NCBI GenBank assembly: GCA_037446775.1
Contig: JBBIIA010000010.1
Location: forward strand, 1 to 54,392
Origin: Deltaproteobacteria bacterium
GTDB taxonomy: Bacteria; Desulfobacterota; Deferrisomatia; Deferrisomatales; JACRMM01
Direction: 5' to 3'
Length of the DNA: 54,392 nt
Part shown: positions 8,953 through 19,000 of the stretch, one piece after another
Numbering within the stretch: position 1 is the stretch's first letter
How the letters are laid out: every line of letters begins with the position of its first letter
Translations under genes and position numbers: made by a program
The notes under the pieces: model-generated
What the model was told of the DNA's origin: nothing
The model's input: the letters and a program-made list of their open reading frames with translations, nothing else
Database searches by the model: none

Positions 8953-11223
8953 TCAGGCCCCCGTCGGCTCCGGCGCCTCTTCCTTGTACCCGCAAGCCCG
9001 GTTCGGGCAGCGCAGGGAGACCCCCTGGCGGGTCCCCTTCTCCACCAGGAAGGGGTGGCCGCAGTCCGGACACGCCCGGGGCACCGGCCGGTCCCACAAG
9101 GCGTGGTCGCAGGCAGGGTAACGGTTGCAGGCGTAAAAGACCTTGCCCCGCTTGCTCTGCTTCTCCACCAGCTCCCCGGTGCAGCCGCTCTTGGGGCACC
9201 CGACGCCGGTGCCCACCGGCCGGGTGAAGCGGCACCCCGGGTAGGTGGCGCACGCCAGGAACCGCCCGAACTTCCCTTTCTTCACCACCAGATCGGCCCC
9301 GCACTCGGGGCACGCCTCCCCGGTGCGCTCCCCGTCGTCCACTTCCACGGTGCCGTCGGCCCGGCGCCGGAACTCCTTGGTGGTGCGGCACTCGGGGTAG
9401 CCGGAGCACGCCAAGAAGAAGCCGTTCCGCCCCCACCGGATCACCATGGGGCGGCCGCACACCTCGCACGGGACGTCGGTGGGCTCCTCCCGGGCCTTGA
9501 CGTTTTCCATCTCGTCGGTCGCCTTCTCCAGGGTCTCGGAGAAGGGGACGTAAAACCCCTGGAGCAGGTCTCGCCACTCCCGTTGCCCCTCTTCCACCCG
9601 GTCGAGCTCGGCCTCCATCTGGGCGGTGAACCCCACGTCGAGGACCTGGGGGAAGTTCTCGACCAGGAGCTCGGTCACCAGGGTGCCGAGATCGGTCGGG
9701 GCGAACCTGCGGTCCACGGCGTGTACGTAGCCCTTGTCCCGCAGGGTCGAGAGGATCTGGGCGTAGGTGGAGGGGCGCCCGATCCCCTTCTCCTCGAGCT
9801 CCTTGACCAGGGTGGACTCGGTGAAGCGAGGCGGCGGCTGGGTGAAGTGCTGGCTCGGTTCCAGGCCGAGCAGCCGGAGCTCCTCGCCCTCGGCCAGGTC
9901 GGGAAGCACCCGGCCCTCCTCTCCCGCCGCGTCCTCCGCGGCGGGATCGTCGACCCCCTCCTCGTACACCGCCGTAAACCCCCGGAACTTCAGGATCGAC
10001 CCCGTGGCGCGAAAGCCGCACTCCCCGGCCTCCACGTCCACGGTGGTCTGGTCGTACACGGCCGGTCGCATCTGACACGCCACGAAGCGATCCCAGACCA
10101 GCTTGTACAGTTTGAACTGATCCGCCTCCAGGTACGGCTTGACCCGCTCCGGCGGGTGCTCCAGGGAGGTCGGCCGGATCGCCTCGTGGGCATCCTGGGC
10201 CCCCTTGCGGGCCTTGTACTGCACCGGCTGGTCCGGCAGATGATCGGCCCCGTAGGTGGCCAACACGTGGTCCCGGCACGCCTGGACGGCGTCCGCCGAC
10301 AGCCGGGTGGAGTCGGTGCGCATGTAGGTGATCAACCCCAGGGCCTCGCCCTCCACGTCGGCGCCCTCGTACAGCCCCTGGGCCACCCCCATGGTCCGTT
10401 TGGCCGAGAAGCGCAGCTTGCGGAAGGCGTCCCGTTGGAGCGTCGAGGTGATGAAGGGGGGGGCGGGATGCCGCCGCTTCTCCTTGCGTTCGACCCGGGC
10501 CACGCGATAGGAGCCCGCCCCCAGATCCGCCAGGACCGCCTCGGCGTCCGCCCGGGTCCCCAGGGCTGCCGGCTCCCCCCGCACCCTGCGGAGCCGGGCC
10601 ACGAAGCCGGGCGGGGCGGCGCCGTGGAGCCGAGCGTCCACCGTCCAGTACTCCTCCGCCACGAAGGCACGGACCTCCCGCTCCCGCTCTACCACCAGCC
10701 GCAGGGCCACCGACTGCACCCGCCCCGCGGATAGGCCCCGCTTCACCTTGTCCCACAGGAGCGGACTGATCTGGTAGCCCACCAGCCGGTCCAGGATGCG
10801 GCGGGCCTGCTGGGCGTTGTACCGATCCGCATCCAGCGCGGTCGGGTGGGCGAGGGCTTCGGCCACGCCCTTCTTGGTGATCTCGTGGATCATCACCCGG
10901 TAAATCGGCTTGTCCCCCTTCTTCGGCCGGATCTCCTCGGCCAGGTGCCAGGCGATGGCCTCCCCCTCCCGGTCCGGGTCGGGGGCGAGGTAGATCACGT
11001 CGGCCTCCTGGGCGGCCTGTTTGAGGGCCTGGACCACCTTCCCCTTGCCCCGAATGACGCTGTAGCGGGCCTCGAAGCCGTGGGCCACGTCGACCCCGAG
11101 CTCGTTCTTGGGCAGGTCCTTGACGTGCCCGACGCTGGCTTCCACCCGGAAGTCCTTGCCCAGGTATCCCTTGAGGGTCCGGGCCTTGGCGGGGCTCTCG
11201 ACGACGAGGAGTGATTTCGGCAT
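8953..11223 (-). CDS. topA: DNA topoisomerase I
   Basis: Starts MPKSLLVVESPAKARTLKGYLG (Toprim, ATG 11223). Has a central TopA core (GLITYMRTDS with catalytic Tyr) and repeated C-terminal CxxC zinc-ribbon modules. Confidence 0.95.
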   Translation of the reverse strand: MPKSLLVVESPAKARTLKGYLGKDFRVEASVGHVKDLPKNELGVDVAHGFEARYSVIRGKGKVVQALKQAAQEADVIYLAPDPDREGEAIAWHLAEEIRPKKGDKPIYRVMIHEITKKGVAEALAHPTALDADRYNAQQARRILDRLVGYQISPLLWDKVKRGLSAGRVQSVALRLVVEREREVRAFVAEEYWTVDARLHGAAPPGFVARLRRVRGEPAALGTRADAEAVLADLGAGSYRVARVERKEKRRHPAPPFITSTLQRDAFRKLRFSAKRTMGVAQGLYEGADVEGEALGLITYMRTDSTRLSADAVQACRDHVLATYGADHLPDQPVQYKARKGAQDAHEAIRPTSLEHPPERVKPYLEADQFKLYKLVWDRFVACQMRPAVYDQTTVDVEAGECGFRATGSILKFRGFTAVYEEGVDDPAAEDAAGEEGRVLPDLAEGEELRLLGLEPSQHFTQPPPRFTESTLVKELEEKGIGRPSTYAQILSTLRDKGYVHAVDRRFAPTDLGTLVTELLVENFPQVLDVGFTAQMEAELDRVEEGQREWRDLLQGFYVPFSETLEKATDEMENVKAREEPTDVPCEVCGRPMVIRWGRNGFFLACSGYPECRTTKEFRRRADGTVEVDDGERTGEACPECGADLVVKKGKFGRFLACATYPGCRFTRPVGTGVGCPKSGCTGELVEKQSKRGKVFYACNRYPACDHALWDRPVPRACPDCGHPFLVEKGTRQGVSLRCPNRACGYKEEAPEPTGA

Positions 11224-11264
11224 GGGGATTCGGTTCGTCTCTCGTTCGGGGGCGCCCGGGCCCC

Positions 11265-11735
11265 TCAGTGGTAGAAGCCTTCGAGATCCCCCCGCAGGAT
11301 GCGCTCCGCGAGGTCCTGGTCGGCGCCGGGTCGCGCGCGCAGGAGGAGGGCGGCGAGCACCCGGACCTCCTCTTCCCCGAGTTCCGGAACGTCCAGGGTC
11401 AGGGCCCGCTCGTACACCGCTTCCCGGGTCTCGGGGTCCAACAGCCCGGCCCGCTCCAGGCGCAAAAGGACCCCTCGCCCGGCCGCCGTGAGCTTGCGCC
11501 CCTCCTCGGGGGTGGCGACCCGCAAGGCGTCGGGCGCCGGCGCCATCACCTTCCCCGGGGGCACCCCGCCCCGGGCCAGGCGGCGCAGCCACGCCAGGGC
11601 GCGCTCCACCTCGTCTTCCTCGTAGCCCGCGTCCAGGAGCTCTTCGCGGAGCTCCTGGGGGTCGCGGCCCACCATCTTCGACGGTCCGTACTGGTGCGTC
11701 AGGTACGCCACCGCATCGAACACCCGTCCCTTCAT
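11265..11735 (-). CDS. smg: Smg protein (DUF494)
   Basis: 156 aa, MKGRVFDAVAYLTHQY... Has the typical Smg N-terminus and sits in the conserved dprA-smg-topA order. Confidence 0.8.
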   Translation of the reverse strand: MKGRVFDAVAYLTHQYGPSKMVGRDPQELREELLDAGYEEDEVERALAWLRRLARGGVPPGKVMAPAPDALRVATPEEGRKLTAAGRGVLLRLERAGLLDPETREAVYERALTLDVPELGEEEVRVLAALLLRARPGADQDLAERILRGDLEGFYH

Positions 11736-11748
11736 CGACTCCCTCTCG

Positions 11749-12972
11749 TCACCGGGGCCGCCCCCGGGCGTACCGCCGACCCGCCGTCTCCTCGGCGTGA
11801 CCGCCGAGGGCGAGCTCCATCAAGCCGGCGGCGGCCACGAGCGCCGTCACCCGCGCCTTGGCCGCCACCTCGTCCACCGTCAGGGGCACCTCTTCCAGGG
11901 CCGCCGCCAGGGCCTCCAGCCCCGCCGGCACCGGGCCCGGGGGCGGCCGCGTCGGGCCGGGTACCGGCGGCGCCCAGCCCCGCAGCTCGTCGAGCACGTC
12001 CCGGGCCCCCTCCACGAGCTTCGCCCCCGCCCGCAGGAGGGCGTGGGCCCCCCGGGAGTTGAAGGCCCCGGGGAAGCCCGGCACCGCGAACACCTCGCGC
12101 CCCTGGTCCAGGGCCAGGGACGCGGTGATCAGGGAGCCGCTCCCCTGGGCAGCCTCCACCACCACCACGCCTCGACACAGGCCGCTCAACACGCGGTTGC
12201 GCCGGGGGAAGTGGTGAGCCAGGGGAGGGCTCCCCAGGGGAAGCTCGCTCACCCACGCTCCCGCCCCGAGCACCGCCCGGGCCAGGGCCGCGTTGGCCTC
12301 CGGGTAGACCACGTCCAGGCCCGACCCGAAGACCGCGACCGTCCGGCCGCCGCCGTCCAGGGCCCCCCGGTGGGCGGCGGCGTCGATCCCCTGGGCGAGC
12401 CCGCTCACCACGGTCACCCCGTGGGTCGCGAGGTCCCCGGCCAGGCGGTGGGCGAACCGGGCCCCCTGGGTGCTCGCCCGGCGGCTGCCGACCACGGCCA
12501 CCGCGGGGGTCTCGCCGGAGCCCAGGGCGCCGGCCAGGTACAGGACCGCCGGAGGGTCGGGAATCGCCGCCAGGAGCTCCGGATAGCCCCGCACCCCATA
12601 CGGCACGAGGGCGAACCCGAGAGCCTCGGCCCGCGCCAGCTCTCGGCGGGCCGCGGGGCGTCCGGCCGCCGCAGCCCGCACCGCTTCGGCCAGGGCTGGC
12701 GCCGCGTGGCACCGCGCCGCCAACTCGTCGGCGCCAGCGGCGAGGACCGCACCGGCCGAGCCGAAGGCCTCCACCAGCACCTTGAAGCCCCGGTCGCCCA
12801 CCCCCCGGGCGCCGCGCAGGGTCAAGGCATCCACGATGGTCTCCCGATCCACAGCCCCTCCCGCCTCCCCCCGGGCCCGACGGATCGCATACCTTAGTCG
12901 CTCCCCCCGCTGGATTTCAAGGCCGGGGGATGCCTGGATGCTGGAAGCTGAACGGAAAGGCCCCTCGGGCAT
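11749..12972 (-). CDS. dprA: DNA-processing protein DprA
   Basis: VAVVGSRRAS...GLAQGIDAAAHRGAL...FPRRNRVLSGL...VVVEAAQGSGSLITA motifs. The start is uncertain: the ATG at 12972 is the longest option and lies 8 nt after the priA stop. Confidence 0.85.
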   Translation of the reverse strand: MPEGPFRSASSIQASPGLEIQRGERLRYAIRRARGEAGGAVDRETIVDALTLRGARGVGDRGFKVLVEAFGSAGAVLAAGADELAARCHAAPALAEAVRAAAAGRPAARRELARAEALGFALVPYGVRGYPELLAAIPDPPAVLYLAGALGSGETPAVAVVGSRRASTQGARFAHRLAGDLATHGVTVVSGLAQGIDAAAHRGALDGGGRTVAVFGSGLDVVYPEANAALARAVLGAGAWVSELPLGSPPLAHHFPRRNRVLSGLCRGVVVVEAAQGSGSLITASLALDQGREVFAVPGFPGAFNSRGAHALLRAGAKLVEGARDVLDELRGWAPPVPGPTRPPPGPVPAGLEALAAALEEVPLTVDEVAAKARVTALVAAAGLMELALGGHAEETAGRRYARGRPR

Positions 12973-12979
12973 CCCGGGG

Positions 12980-15403
12980 CTACAGCAGATTCACCGGATC
13001 GAGGTCGACGTGGAGCCGCACCTCCCCGGGGGGCCGCCCGGATGGGCCGGCGAGGAGCGCCCGGATCACCGCGTGGAGGGGGCCGGGCTCGGAACCCGGG
13101 GCCCGCAGCAGGGCCTGCTGCCGCCACCGCCCCCGGAGGCGCTCCAGGGGCGCCGGCGCCGGGCCCAGGACCTGGACCCCCACGGGGGCGCCGAGGCGCT
13201 TGGCGTCCTGGGCGGCCGCCTGGGCGGCCCGCTCCGCCTCCCCCGGGTCCAGCGCCGAGACCCGCAGGAGGGCCAGGCGCCGAAAGGGCGGGAAGCCGGC
13301 CTCCCGCCGGGCCCGAAGCTCCGCGGCGGCAAAGCCCTGGTAGTCCCCGGCGGCAGCGGCCACGAGCGCCGGCTCGTGGGGGCTCCGGGTCTGGAGCAGG
13401 GCAAGCCCCGGTCGCTCCTCCCGGCCGGCTCGGCCCGCCACCTGGGTCAGGAGTTGGAAGGTCCGCTCGGCCGCGCGAAAGTCCGGGAAGTGCAGCGACA
13501 TATCCGCGTCCACCACCCCCACCACGGTGAGCCGGGGGAAGTGGTGCCCCTTGGCCACCATCTGGGTACCCACCAGGAGGTCCGCCTCGCCCCGGTGGAA
13601 CGCCCCCAGGACCTCCGTCCCCGACCCCCGGGCGGTGTCCCGGTCGAGCCGCAGGACGCGGGCCTCGGGCCACTCCTCCCGGGCGGCGTCGACCAGGCGC
13701 TGGGTCCCCGCCCCCGCCGGCCCCAGGGTCGCGCCGCCGCACCCCGGGCACGCGGCGGGCACGCCCTCGCGGTGCCCGCAGTAGTGGCACAGGAGCCGCC
13801 CGCCGCTGCGCCCGCCGTGGAGGGTGAGGGCCACGGAGCACGCCCGGCACCGGACGGCGTCGCCACACGTAGAGCACACCACAGCGGGGCTCAACCCCCG
13901 GCGGTTGAGGAAGAGGAGGGCTTGTTCCCCCCGGCCCAGGGCGTCCGCCACCGCCCGCCGGAGGGGCTCGGAAAAGAGCACCCGCCGTCGGCGCCGGGCC
14001 TCCTCCTGGCGGAGGTCGACGAGGCGGATCTCCGGGGGCCGGGCGGCCACGGCCCGGGCGGGGAGCAACACCCGGGCGTAGCGCCCGGTTTGGACCGCCC
14101 AGGTGGTCTCCACGTCCGGCGTAGCCGACCCCAACAGGGCCACCGCCCCGGCCAGCTGCGCTCGCACCAGGGCCACGTGCTTGCCGTGGTACCGGAGCCC
14201 TTCCTCCTGTTTGTAGGAGGCGTCGTGCTCCTCGTCCACCACCACTAGGCCGAGGTTCGGCACGGGCGCGAAGACCGCCGAGCGGGCGCCGAGGACGACC
14301 GGGGCCTCGCCCCGGCGGACCCGTTCCCAGTGGAGGCGGCGTTCCCGTTCCCCCAACCCGCTGTGCAAGAGCGCCACCCGCGAGCCAAAGGCGGCGAGGA
14401 AGCGGCCGAGCATCTGGGGCGTGAGGGCGATTTCGGGCACCAGGATCACCGCCCCCTTGCCCCGACCGACGGCTTCGGCGGCGACCCGCAGGTACACCTC
14501 GGTCTTGCCGCTCCCGGTCACCCCCTCCACCAGGACGGGCGCGAACGCCCCCTGGTCCAGGCGCTCTACGGCGGCGGCCACCGCCGCCGCCTGGGGCGGC
14601 GTCAGCTGGCGGGGAGCACCTACGCCGTAGGCGGCGGGCGTGCCGACTTCCGGGGCCGACTCCCCCCGCTCCACCCACCCCCGGGCCACGGCCCGCAGGA
14701 GCGCGTCCCGGGGCACCCCCAGGGTCTGGGCCGCCACCGCCTCCCCACCCGCCAGGGCGCGCAAGGCCTCGGCTTGACGGGGGGAGCGGCGCGCGACCTC
14801 GGCGGGCTCCGGCGCCGCCGCGGTGAGGCGAAACCACTCCACGCCCCTCGGCTCCGGGGCGCGCCGCACCCGCCACTCCCGTGCCGCGCGGCCAGCCGCC
14901 ACCAGTTCCGCCAGCGCCTTGGCCTCCCGGGGGGCAACCGCCGACGCCGGCACTTCGCCCCGTGCGCGCAGGCGGGCGAGCAGCCCCTCCGCGGCCGCGG
15001 ACGAGGGCCCGGGCCCGGGCAGGGGGCGGTACACCGCCTCCGCGCTGGCGCGAAAGGCCGGAGGGATCATGGCGGAGAGCGCTTCACCCAGGGGGTGGTG
15101 GTAGTAGCGGGCCATCCACGCCCCGAGGGCCAGCAGGTCCGGGGCAAGGCAAGGGGTCGGGTCGAGGACGTCGATCAGGTCCTTGACGGCCTCCACCGGC
15201 GCCTCGTCCTCCACCGCGACGACCACGGCGGCCGCCCGGGTGCGGCCCAGGGGGACGGCGCAGCGCACCCCGGGAACGACCCAGGGCAGGAGATGCTCGG
15301 GGATCCGGTAGTGGAAGGTCCGGTGGAGGGGCAGGGGGACAGCCACCCGGGCAAACCGGGGAGCACCCCGGGGAGGACCCTCCCCGCCCGGTTCCCGGCT
15401 CAC
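12980..15403 (-). CDS. priA: Primosomal replication restart helicase PriA
   Basis: 807 aa. Walker A (GVTGSGKTEVY), DEEH box (VVVDEEHDASYKQ) and a Cys-rich zinc-binding insert (CSTCGDAVRCRACS...CHYCGH). GTG start at 15403. Confidence 0.93.
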   Translation of the reverse strand: MSREPGGEGPPRGAPRFARVAVPLPLHRTFHYRIPEHLLPWVVPGVRCAVPLGRTRAAAVVVAVEDEAPVEAVKDLIDVLDPTPCLAPDLLALGAWMARYYHHPLGEALSAMIPPAFRASAEAVYRPLPGPGPSSAAAEGLLARLRARGEVPASAVAPREAKALAELVAAGRAAREWRVRRAPEPRGVEWFRLTAAAPEPAEVARRSPRQAEALRALAGGEAVAAQTLGVPRDALLRAVARGWVERGESAPEVGTPAAYGVGAPRQLTPPQAAAVAAAVERLDQGAFAPVLVEGVTGSGKTEVYLRVAAEAVGRGKGAVILVPEIALTPQMLGRFLAAFGSRVALLHSGLGERERRLHWERVRRGEAPVVLGARSAVFAPVPNLGLVVVDEEHDASYKQEEGLRYHGKHVALVRAQLAGAVALLGSATPDVETTWAVQTGRYARVLLPARAVAARPPEIRLVDLRQEEARRRRRVLFSEPLRRAVADALGRGEQALLFLNRRGLSPAVVCSTCGDAVRCRACSVALTLHGGRSGGRLLCHYCGHREGVPAACPGCGGATLGPAGAGTQRLVDAAREEWPEARVLRLDRDTARGSGTEVLGAFHRGEADLLVGTQMVAKGHHFPRLTVVGVVDADMSLHFPDFRAAERTFQLLTQVAGRAGREERPGLALLQTRSPHEPALVAAAAGDYQGFAAAELRARREAGFPPFRRLALLRVSALDPGEAERAAQAAAQDAKRLGAPVGVQVLGPAPAPLERLRGRWRQQALLRAPGSEPGPLHAVIRALLAGPSGRPPGEVRLHVDLDPVNLL

Positions 15404-15464
15404 CGGGAGGGCCCCGGCCGCTGTCCGGCGCGAGCCCCGGGCCGGGTCGGGGGGCAGGGGCGGC

Positions 15465-15824
15465 TCAGGACCCGGTACGCTCCCGGAGCTCCGCCTCGGT
15501 CTTGCAGTCGATGCACTGGGTCGTCACCGGGCGGGCCTCGAGGCGCTTCTCCCCGATCTCGTCGCCGCAGGTCTCGCAGGCGCCGTAGGTTCCGTCCTCG
15601 ACCCGCTGAATCGCCTCCTGGATCTTGATGATCAACCGGCGCTCCCGATCCCGGATGCGCAGCAGGAAGTTCAAGTCGGACTCCGCGGACGCCCGGTCCG
15701 TGGGGTCGGCGAAGTTCTCTTCCCCCTCCGAGAGGTCGGTCATGGTCGAGCGGGCTTCGCCCATCAAAGCATCGAGTCGGCCCTGGAGCAGTTCCCGGAA
15801 ATACTCGAGGCGGTCGGCATCCAT
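15465..15824 (-). CDS. dksA: DksA/TraR-family RNA-polymerase-binding zinc-finger protein
   Basis: 119 aa with a coiled-coil tip carrying DxxDxA (FADPTDRASAESD) and a C4 finger CETCGDEI...CIDC. Confidence 0.9.
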   Translation of the reverse strand: MDADRLEYFRELLQGRLDALMGEARSTMTDLSEGEENFADPTDRASAESDLNFLLRIRDRERRLIIKIQEAIQRVEDGTYGACETCGDEIGEKRLEARPVTTQCIDCKTEAELRERTGS

Positions 15825-15961
15825 GGTGGCACCCTTCCCTCGTCATCGATCGCGTTTCGACGAATCCCTTGGGGTCCCCGCGCACCCATGGTAAGATCCG
15901 CCGTCCGAAAGAGGCGAGGAGTATAGCAACTGGCGAGCTTCGCCCCAACCCCTTTTTGCAC

Positions 15962-16789
15962 ATGAACAAGACGACCCTGATTCTCTGCCTCACCCTCGCG
16001 ACCCCGGCCCTCGGCGCCCCTCCGGGCATCGAGTTCCTGGATGCGCGCGCGCTGAGCATGGGGGGCGCCGTCCGCACCCTGGCCGACCCCACCGCCGCCG
16101 CGCTCCTCAACCCCGCCGCCCTCGGGCCGGTCCGGGGCTTCTTCGGCGGGACGACCTACGCCACGCGGCGAGACGAGGCCTTCGACGGCCTGGCGCTCAC
16201 CCTGGTGGACAACGTCACCTCACCCATGGGGGGATCGCTCCAGTACCTGCGGCTTCGGGGGGCCGAGGAGCGCGAAGACCTGAGTCTCTCCCTGGCGTCC
16301 GGCAAGCGGGGCCTGTGGTGGGGCTTTACCGTCCGGTACGTCCAGGGCCGCAACCCCGACGGGAGCGCCTGGGCGGAGGAGTTCAACGCCGACCTCGGCT
16401 TCCTGTTCGAGCGCCCGGGGAACGTCCGGGTCGCCGTGGTCGGCTCGAACCTCCTGGACACGAGCCTCGATCATCTACCCCGCAAGGTGGCCCTGGCGGC
16501 CTCCCGAACGGGCCTGGGCCGCTGGACCGTGGCCGCCGATCTGGTGCGCAACCTGGAGCACGAGGTGTCCCGGGGGCTCGATCTGCACCTGGGGGCGGAG
16601 TACGCGGCGGGACGCGCCTGGACGCTGCGGGTCGGCCAGCTGTGGCGGGGGGACACGGGGAAGGACTACGCCTCCCTGGGCGTGGGGTGGGCCCACAAGG
16701 ACGCCCTGCGCTTCGGCTACGGCCTCCAGAGGGCGCGCCAGGACGCAGGCGAACTCCTCCACGTCCTGTCCCTGGAGGGGAGTTTCTAG
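15962..16789 (+). CDS. Outer-membrane beta-barrel protein of unknown function (PorV/FadL-like N-terminal motif)
   Basis: Signal peptide [27 protein letters not shown] motif, alternating beta-strand pattern and a terminal ...LSLEGSF (C-terminal Phe). ATG 15962. The track ORF starts 93 nt earlier. Confidence 0.7.
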   Translation: MNKTTLILCLTLATPALGAPPGIEFLDARALSMGGAVRTLADPTAAALLNPAALGPVRGFFGGTTYATRRDEAFDGLALTLVDNVTSPMGGSLQYLRLRGAEEREDLSLSLASGKRGLWWGFTVRYVQGRNPDGSAWAEEFNADLGFLFERPGNVRVAVVGSNLLDTSLDHLPRKVALAASRTGLGRWTVAADLVRNLEHEVSRGLDLHLGAEYAAGRAWTLRVGQLWRGDTGKDYASLGVGWAHKDALRFGYGLQRARQDAGELLHVLSLEGSF

Positions 16790-17310
16790 CGAGGTACTAC
16801 CACCGCCGCTTCACCCGGCCGAGCCCCCCTTTCCCGGACCCACAGGCCGCTCTTCCCCCCCTCCTTGCGGAGCAGCCGCAGGTCCCCGATCACCATGCCC
16901 TTGTCCACGGCCTTGCACATGTCGTAGATGGTGAGGCACGCCACGCTCGCCGCGGTGAGGGCCTCCATCTCGACGCCGGTGGGGCCCTGCACCTTGGCCT
17001 CGGCCTCCACGTCGATGCGCGCCGCCGCCTCGTCCAGGGCGAAGTCCACCCGCACCGAGGAGAGCGGCAGGGGGTGGCACAGGGGAATCAGTTCGGCGGT
17101 CCGCTTGGCGGCCATGATCCCCGCCAGGCGCGCCACCTGGAGCACCTCGCCCTTCTCCACGGTCCGGTCGACGATGCGCCGAAAAGTCTCCGGGCCGACC
17201 CAGACGCTCGCCGCCGCCACCGCCCGGCGCTCGGTCCCCGCCTTGGCGGTCACGTCCACCATGCGGGCGTCCCCGGCCTCCCCGAAGTGGGTGAGGCCGC
17301 CCCCCGTCAC
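16786..17310 (-). CDS. moaC: Cyclic pyranopterin monophosphate synthase MoaC
   Basis: [18 protein letters not shown]...[11 protein letters not shown]...[13 protein letters not shown]...IYDMCKA motifs. The GTG start at 17310 overlaps the upstream TGA (GTGA). Confidence 0.9.
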   Translation of the reverse strand: MTGGGLTHFGEAGDARMVDVTAKAGTERRAVAAASVWVGPETFRRIVDRTVEKGEVLQVARLAGIMAAKRTAELIPLCHPLPLSSVRVDFALDEAAARIDVEAEAKVQGPTGVEMEALTAASVACLTIYDMCKAVDKGMVIGDLRLLRKEGGKSGLWVRERGARPGEAAVVVPR

Positions 17311-17717
17311 TTCGCCGCCCCCACGGCGATGCCGTCCACCACCAGGTAGTTGAAGTCCCCGCCCTGGGAGTCGAAGGTCCCAAACGCCTGGACCCGCTCC
17401 CCCTTCTTCAGGTTGAGCAGCTGGTCGGCCTGGGCGTGATCCTTCTTCAGGTACAGCCGCAAGAGGCTCGTGGGCCCCAGGGCGAAGCAGAAGTAATCCT
17501 TGGTGTTGATCTTGGTCTTGCGGATCTGGTAGCAGAAGTCGCTCCCCGCGAAGACGAAGGTCCCCTCGACCTGGACCTTCTTCCCCGCGTGGGTCGCGTA
17601 CTGGCTCACCAGGTCGGCCTGGCTCCGGGGCGCATAGGCCTCCGGATCGATCTGAGCCAGCGCCGAGGCCGCTAGGACCGCCAGGATGACCACCGAAACA
17701 ACACTCGCTCGCTTCAT
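17307..17717 (-). CDS. Small secreted protein of unknown function
   Basis: 136 aa with signal peptide [24 protein letters not shown] 17717 is preceded by GGAGGAATGGGAG. It is the C-terminal part of track ORF 17307..18386. Confidence 0.65.
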   Translation of the reverse strand: MKRASVVSVVILAVLAASALAQIDPEAYAPRSQADLVSQYATHAGKKVQVEGTFVFAGSDFCYQIRKTKINTKDYFCFALGPTSLLRLYLKKDHAQADQLLNLKKGERVQAFGTFDSQGGDFNYLVVDGIAVGAAK

Positions 17718-17743
17718 CTCCCATTCCTCCCCATCGTCTCGCG

Positions 17744-18580
17744 CTACCGGTCCGCCGGGTCTCCCGGCACCCAGGCCCGCGCCAGGTGCCACTCCTGTTC
17801 CACCCCACCCCCCTCGGCCACAAGCTCCCGGGCCAACTCCCCGACGACCTCCCGCCGCTCGGGGTACGGCATCCCCGGCAAGAGCCCCGCGCTCATCGGC
17901 TCCTGCCCGTAGAAGGCCGCGAAGGCCTGGGGGGTGAGGGGGAGCACGAGCTTCCGGTGCGTCACCCCCCCAAAGAGCCGCGCCAGCGCGTCGGCCACCG
18001 TCTCCCAAGGGGAGAGGGCGTGCCGCCCCGCGGACAGGCCCCGCTGGGCCAGGAGGTCGGGGACCGAGCAACCCCGCCGGGGCAGGAACACCCCCTGGAG
18101 GTGGGAGAGCAGCACCTGCCCGCCTGGCGCCAGCACCTGCCGCGCCGACGCCAGGGAGGCCCCGGCGTCGGGGAGGAGAAAGAGCACGGCGTTGTAGACG
18201 ACGGCGTCGAACTCGGCCCGAAAGAGCGACCCGAAGCGGCAACCGTCCCCCCCCACCAAGAGGCCCCCTCCCCCGAGCCGCCCCCGCGCCTCCCGCAGCA
18301 TCCCCAGGGAGAGATCCAGGCCCACCACCCGGCCGGCCGGCCCCGCGGCCGCGCCGAGCCTCGCCAGGGAAGCCCCGGTCCCACACCCCACGTCGAGCAC
18401 CCGCTGACCAGCCAGCGGCGTGCCGAGCTCCAGGAGGGCCTCTAGGAGGAGCCGAAAGAAGGCCGTCTCGTCTTCGAAGCGTCCGTACGCCTCCGCGCCC
18501 CGGTCGAAGTTCCCGCGGATGCGGTCCCGCACGGCCAGGGTCTTGTCCGCCTTCACCACCCCACCCTCCCTCCGGATCAT
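17744..18580 (-). CDS. Class I SAM-dependent methyltransferase
   Basis: [14 protein letters not shown]-binding motif I followed by VVGLDLS...MLREA. Start taken at MIRREGG (ATG 18580). No clear SD, so the start is uncertain. Confidence 0.75.
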   Translation of the reverse strand: MIRREGGVVKADKTLAVRDRIRGNFDRGAEAYGRFEDETAFFRLLLEALLELGTPLAGQRVLDVGCGTGASLARLGAAAGPAGRVVGLDLSLGMLREARGRLGGGGLLVGGDGCRFGSLFRAEFDAVVYNAVLFLLPDAGASLASARQVLAPGGQVLLSHLQGVFLPRRGCSVPDLLAQRGLSAGRHALSPWETVADALARLFGGVTHRKLVLPLTPQAFAAFYGQEPMSAGLLPGMPYPERREVVGELARELVAEGGGVEQEWHLARAWVPGDPADR

Positions 18581-18723
18581 CCTACGGCGCCGCCGCGAGG
18601 CAGTTACCCCGCAACTTCCGCGGTTCGGCACCAGTGTAACAGCGTCGCGGGCGCCGACCAAACCTCAGGCGTGACCAAGCACCACCACCCGACCTGCCCG
18701 GGCCCAGGGCTGGCGAGGCTCTG

Positions 18724-18833
18724 CCTCAGACCGTCGAGGTACGAGAGGGAGGTTTTTTGACAGGATGGGCAGGATTCTCCGGGTCTGCCGGCATCTGGCA
18801 TCCTGAACATCCTGTAATCCTGTCCAAAACCCC
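18724..18833 (+). repeat. Intergenic repeat element, copy 1 (full: CTCAGACCGTCGAGGTACGAGAGG module plus inverted TTGACAGGAT... / ...ATCCTGTCCAAAACC arms)
   Basis: Read directly. Shares 25-55 nt blocks with copies at 27251, 30381, 39360 (reverse) and 46402. Track ORF 18604..18873 over it is not credible coding. Confidence 0.85.
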
Positions 18834-19000
18834 CGTTCCCCGAAGCGCCCGCTGAAGACGAAACTTGACGCATCGTCGAAGATCTTCGCCCCTCAAGGGT
18901 TTCTAGTGGAGGGTCGCCCCAGCGGGCGGATCCCGGTTGACCGCGCCCGAGAGCCCCTGCTACAAGGGCCCGGTCCTACGGCCCTCCTGGAGACCCGACC

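Noticed and set aside
18604-18873. Small ORFs lying over repeat elements: 18604..18873 (-), 27291..27512 (+), 46227..46448 (+) and 34081..34380 (+).
   Set aside because: They are composed of repeat sequence or intergenic DNA, have no SD, and their frames are not conserved between repeat copies.
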